A DNA stretch of 64,000 bases, taken from NCBI RefSeq assembly GCF_009914755.1, contig NC_060941.1; one strand, written 5' to 3'. Every line of letters starts with the position of its first letter. The stretch's first letter is position 1. The translations under genes and the position numbers were made by a program. The notes under the pieces were generated by a model that searched no databases, was not told the DNA's origin, and was given only the letters and a program-made list of their open reading frames with translations. The stretch comes from the human T2T-CHM13v2.0 reference genome, Homo sapiens. Shown here one piece after another: positions 58,650 through 64,000 of the stretch.

Positions 58650-58932
58650 ATTTTAGAAGTGAGGTCTCTCTTTGTTCCTCAGGCTGGAGTGCAGTGGTGT
58701 GATCATAGCTCACCATAGCCTCGAACTCCTGGGCTCAAGTGATCTCCCACCTCCCGAATATCTAGGACTATGGGCGTGCGCCACCATACCTGGCTATTAT
58801 TTTAATTTTTTTCGTAGAGACAGTGTCTTGTTATGTTGCCCAGGCTGGTCTCAAACTCTTGGCCTCAAGCAGTCTTCCCACCTGGCTTCCCAAAGCACTG
58901 GAATTACAGGCGTGAACTACTGTGCTGGGTCC
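58650..58932 (-). mobile_element. Alu (AluJ-like)
   Basis: Reverse Alu body. Confidence 0.85.
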
Positions 58933-59241
58933 TGAGTGGCTTTTGAGCCACTGACTATATCATCAAAAAGCTTCTGTTGAGACAAAGCCTCAAGCTAGTG
59001 TGGAGTTCATCCTACTAAAATGAAGAATTGGCATTATGTTCTAAAACTTTACATATTCTTACCATAAATGGTACTAATTACTTTGCAGTAGCAGTAACTT
59101 GAGGTGCAAACTTCCAGATTGCATATTTTCTTTAAACCATAGTCTGGCACTCACGGTTTGGCTTAGGGTTGCCACTGCAGTCCACAAGCTGTCGCCTGCC
59201 CTTATTCATATTTTATAGCTTTGAATGTCTTATTCCATTGA

Positions 59242-59553
<312 letters not shown>

Positions 59554-59899
59554 TAACTTTTTCTGATGAAATTCTTTCCTGCTCCACCTAACTCCCGTGT
59601 CCCACCCCCACCAGCAGAGTGGTATATCTAGCACAAGAGGCATGAAATTAATTTAGTAAATAGCAGGACTACTAGAAACTTTTAAGGATTATTTAACTTA
59701 TTTTTAATCAAAATTTTATACTCAGATAATGACCTTTTGGGAAGTTATGTCTCTTAATGATCTCAAGTGGTGACACTTTTCTGTTGACACGGTTTCTCTT
59801 GGGTAGTTCTCATAGTAGTTTGGGCATGAGAAAACAACTTTTACCACTTTAGACTTGTGAGGGCAGCCTACTATGTAGTAAAAGAAAAAGCTTTTGATT

Positions 59900-60060
59900 G
59901 TGCAACTTGCAGTGTGGTCTTGGGGAAGTCTCTTAACCTCTCTGAACATCAGTTTTCTATATTTTCATGTGTAAAATGGGCATGATACTTACCCTTCTCA
60001 CATCATGGGCTTGTTTAATGACTTAGGTATGAATCTTATATGAAAGGAAGCTGTAAACAG
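59900..60060 (+). mobile_element. MIR SINE
   Basis: gtcttggggaagtctcttaacctctctgaacatcagttt...tgtaaaatggg. Confidence 0.7.
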
Positions 60061-61124
60061 TCATAAAAATGTATTAGCATCTGTGCAGTATTTTTTTTCT
60101 ATCCATTCTTTATAATTTGGTGGTTATTATTTCTACTCTACATGAGAAAAAAGTTACAGAGGCAAAACATGTTCACAATCATATGATTATATAATTAACT
60201 GAGTTAAACTAGAGTATGGATGTCTTGACCCTTAGATCACTATCTTTCCAATAAATAGTTTTAAAAGTCTAAATTTTACTAACAGGTAGTACAAATATGC
60301 AAAATGAGGGATGTATGATTGCTTCTTCACTCGAAGATGGTATATTATGTTTTTCCTTTTAAGTTCATGTTAGAGTATCTGAATCTTTTCAAGTTGGTTA
60401 GATGTTAGAAATAGATGTAAATTTTAAGCATTATATATCCTTGATTTCATTATGTATTATTCTCCTGGTCACTTTATCAAAACTTCTTCAGCTGTTAGAA
60501 GTTGTAACATTGTTTCCCTTTTATTTAGTTATATAATACACTTATTGTACATTCTTAAGTGGGAGAATAGAATTTGTGAGAATACCAACAGAAATACACA
60601 TACAGCTATAAATATGAGATTATGATTCTTTCATGTTGGCATTGCACAGTCTATTTTTGTAAAGTTGGTTTTTATATTCTAAGAACATTTTACTTAGAGT
60701 TTGATTACATTTGAGGCAAACTTTTCAACTTTGGTAGTATTTGAATGAAGATTCCTGGATGTGGTTTTTTTAATTGTTACATCTACTTTTTCAGTTTTTC
60801 TTTTTCCCTATAACAACCCTCAAATCCTTCATCTTGTCTTTTGGAGTATTTTTTTCTATCCTCCTGTCTTTATCGGTGCCTTCTATTCCTGTCCCACCTT
60901 GGGTCTGGGAAAATGTGCCTTTATGCTCCATGTGAGTCTTCTTCCTTTTGGGTAATGAGTGCGGAGGGAAAAAAAGCACAGTATTTCTTTCCCTGTTATG
61001 TTTCAGTTTTTGGCCTCTGATAAGTGAATCTGGAGTAGGGAATGACAGTGATAGTAGGTTTTGTTTTAGTCATATATTGGCGACAAAGATCAACGAAGAC
61101 CTGAAGCTCTTGTTCCTCTCATGA

Positions 61125-61360
<236 letters not shown>

Positions 61361-61589
61361 CATTTGAAGACATCTTAAGTACACCCTAGATTCCCACCCC
61401 CACCAAAAAATTTCATTCATTCTTCAACCATTTCTCAAAGAACATGTTTTCAAGACACCTCACTATCCTAATTGTTTTCCTTTTGGTGCAATGGTGGTCA
61501 GTACTCAGGCATACCATTTTTTATCTTTCCTCCCAATGTTGTATGAGGGCATTATATGAAACTTAAATGGATTTAAAAATGCTGAGCTT

Positions 61590-61876
61590 GCTGGACATGG
61601 TGGCTCACACCTGTAATCCCAGCACTTTGGGAGGTGGGGGAGGGAGGATTGCTTGAGCCCAGGAGTTTGAGATCAACCTGGACAACACAGCTAGTATGCA
61701 CAAAAAAATAAAAAAAGTAGCTAGGCGTGGTGGTGCATGCCTGTAGTCCCAGGTACTTGGGAGGCTGAGGTGGGAGGATGGCTTGAGCCCAGGAGGTTGA
61801 GCCTGCAGTGAGTGGTGTTTGTGCTACTACACTCCAGCATGGGTGACAGAGTGAAACTCTGTTAAAAAAAAAAAAA
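61590..61876 (+). mobile_element. Alu (AluJ-like)
   Basis: TSD aaaaatgctgagctt. Confidence 0.92.
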
Positions 61877-61991
61877 TGCTGAGCTTCAGGTACAGTATAT
61901 TTTTGGTATGCATTTGATTACCAGTACAGTATACCTATCAAAAATGTTAATTCACATGTTTTAAAATAAAAAGTTTCCAACATAAAAGTAG

Positions 61992-62313
<322 letters not shown>

Positions 62314-63064
62314 TAAATTAATCCTTTTGTATCCATTACTCAATTTCTCCCTAGTCTTATTTCATCCGTATTCCTACCCATTTCCTGCTCACTACCTCTT
62401 TATTATTTTAAAGCAATCCTATATATCATTTCAGCGTGATTTATTCTTATACTGACTTTAAGAGCTGTGTAATATAAAAACAACTCAATTAGGAATCAGA
62501 AGACTTGACTTTAAGTCTTAACTTTCTACTGGAATGAGTTAACAGGGGGGCAAGCCAAGCTGTATGAGCCCTGAATTCCTAATATGTTGAAGAGAGTAAC
62601 ACGTGGTGGAGGGGACATAATGTTACCTGCACTTTTTCACAGGGATCTATGAGAATCAAAGATAGGAGGTAATATGCATGAAAGTATTTTGTCTACTCTA
62701 AACTCAAAAGCAAAAGTGCTTTACAAAGGTAAGATTTTATTAGTAAATGCTGCTTCCCTGTATAAGTGCTAACAACTCATGCCTAATCAGTCTTAGAATT
62801 ATCTGGATGCTGACATTAAATTAAGTCCATAGTATTAAAATCACCCTTTCACCTTTACCCACTCTTGGATTTTGACAATTGCAACAACATTTTCTCATTC
62901 CCAATCTGGCTCCTGTTACTTTTCATGACTTCTGCAAGTTCACTGACCACATTTCTCTTACCATATTTCTAAATTTTCATCTGTATCTTGGATTCATGTA
63001 CACTTGAGCTCAGGTAAAACAGGGAGGTGGGCTCTTCATGCTTTATGTATCTAAGTTCTGATGA

Positions 63065-63532
<468 letters not shown>

Positions 63533-64000
63533 TGATCCTAATGTATTTTAAAAGCCTTTACATATTTTTGTCTTTAACATTTCTAGTTATTCTGAACTTT
63601 TGTTTTAACTCTTCTGTTAATTTATCCATTGTGTGTAGTGTGTATTTTTTCTTAAATGTCCTTATAAATACTGAGCTGTGGGGGAGGGGAGAGGAGGAGC
63701 AACTGGTGCAGGCACGCTAGTTTCTTTAGAAATGTCAGCTCTGCCAGATCACTTAAGACTTGTTAAAAGTACAGATTTCCTGGCTCTACTAAACATCGTG
63801 TGATTTCTAGAGGTCCCAGGTCATTTTTGACATAAAGCTGGGTTTGTAAACCACTGCTGTGTGATATACAGGGAGAATTTAATTTCTGGGTGGTATTTAA
63901 TAGGTCACAGTACAGTCATATATATCACTGCAACAAGTTAGAAAACCACAATTGGATGAACTTTAAAAATCAATACTAAAAAAAATATTGGAGAGCTATG

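Overview
Human (or near-identical great ape) genomic DNA at 17q11.2, identified from the NF1 first exon. On the minus strand at 880-4778 lies the large first coding exon of a frameshifted LRRC37B-type pseudogene, which I infer is the distal end of the NF1-REPb segmental duplication. It is followed by about 43 kb of repeat-dense intergenic DNA (Alu, MIR, L1, L2, MaLR/ERVL LTRs, hAT elements), the MIR4733 hairpin, the NF1 CpG-island promoter, NF1 exon 1 (5'UTR with a uORF; CDS 49044-49103, MAAHRPVEWVQAVVSRFDEQ) and the first ~15 kb of intron 1. Nearly all ORFs in the supplied track are Alu- or low-complexity-derived. I found no evidence of a wholly new multi-gene system. The most interesting items are small-scale: a 168-bp foldback with a 30-bp perfect stem, an apparently longer-than-paralog LRRC37 exon whose 22-bp duplication creates a 58-aa hydrophobic micro-ORF, a tiny LTR-derived retrocopy with TSDs, the NF1 uORF overlapping the core promoter element, and a latent in-frame intron-1 pseudoexon. 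Repeat subfamily names and boundaries are by eye and approximate; comparisons to paralogs and literature are from memory and need verification.
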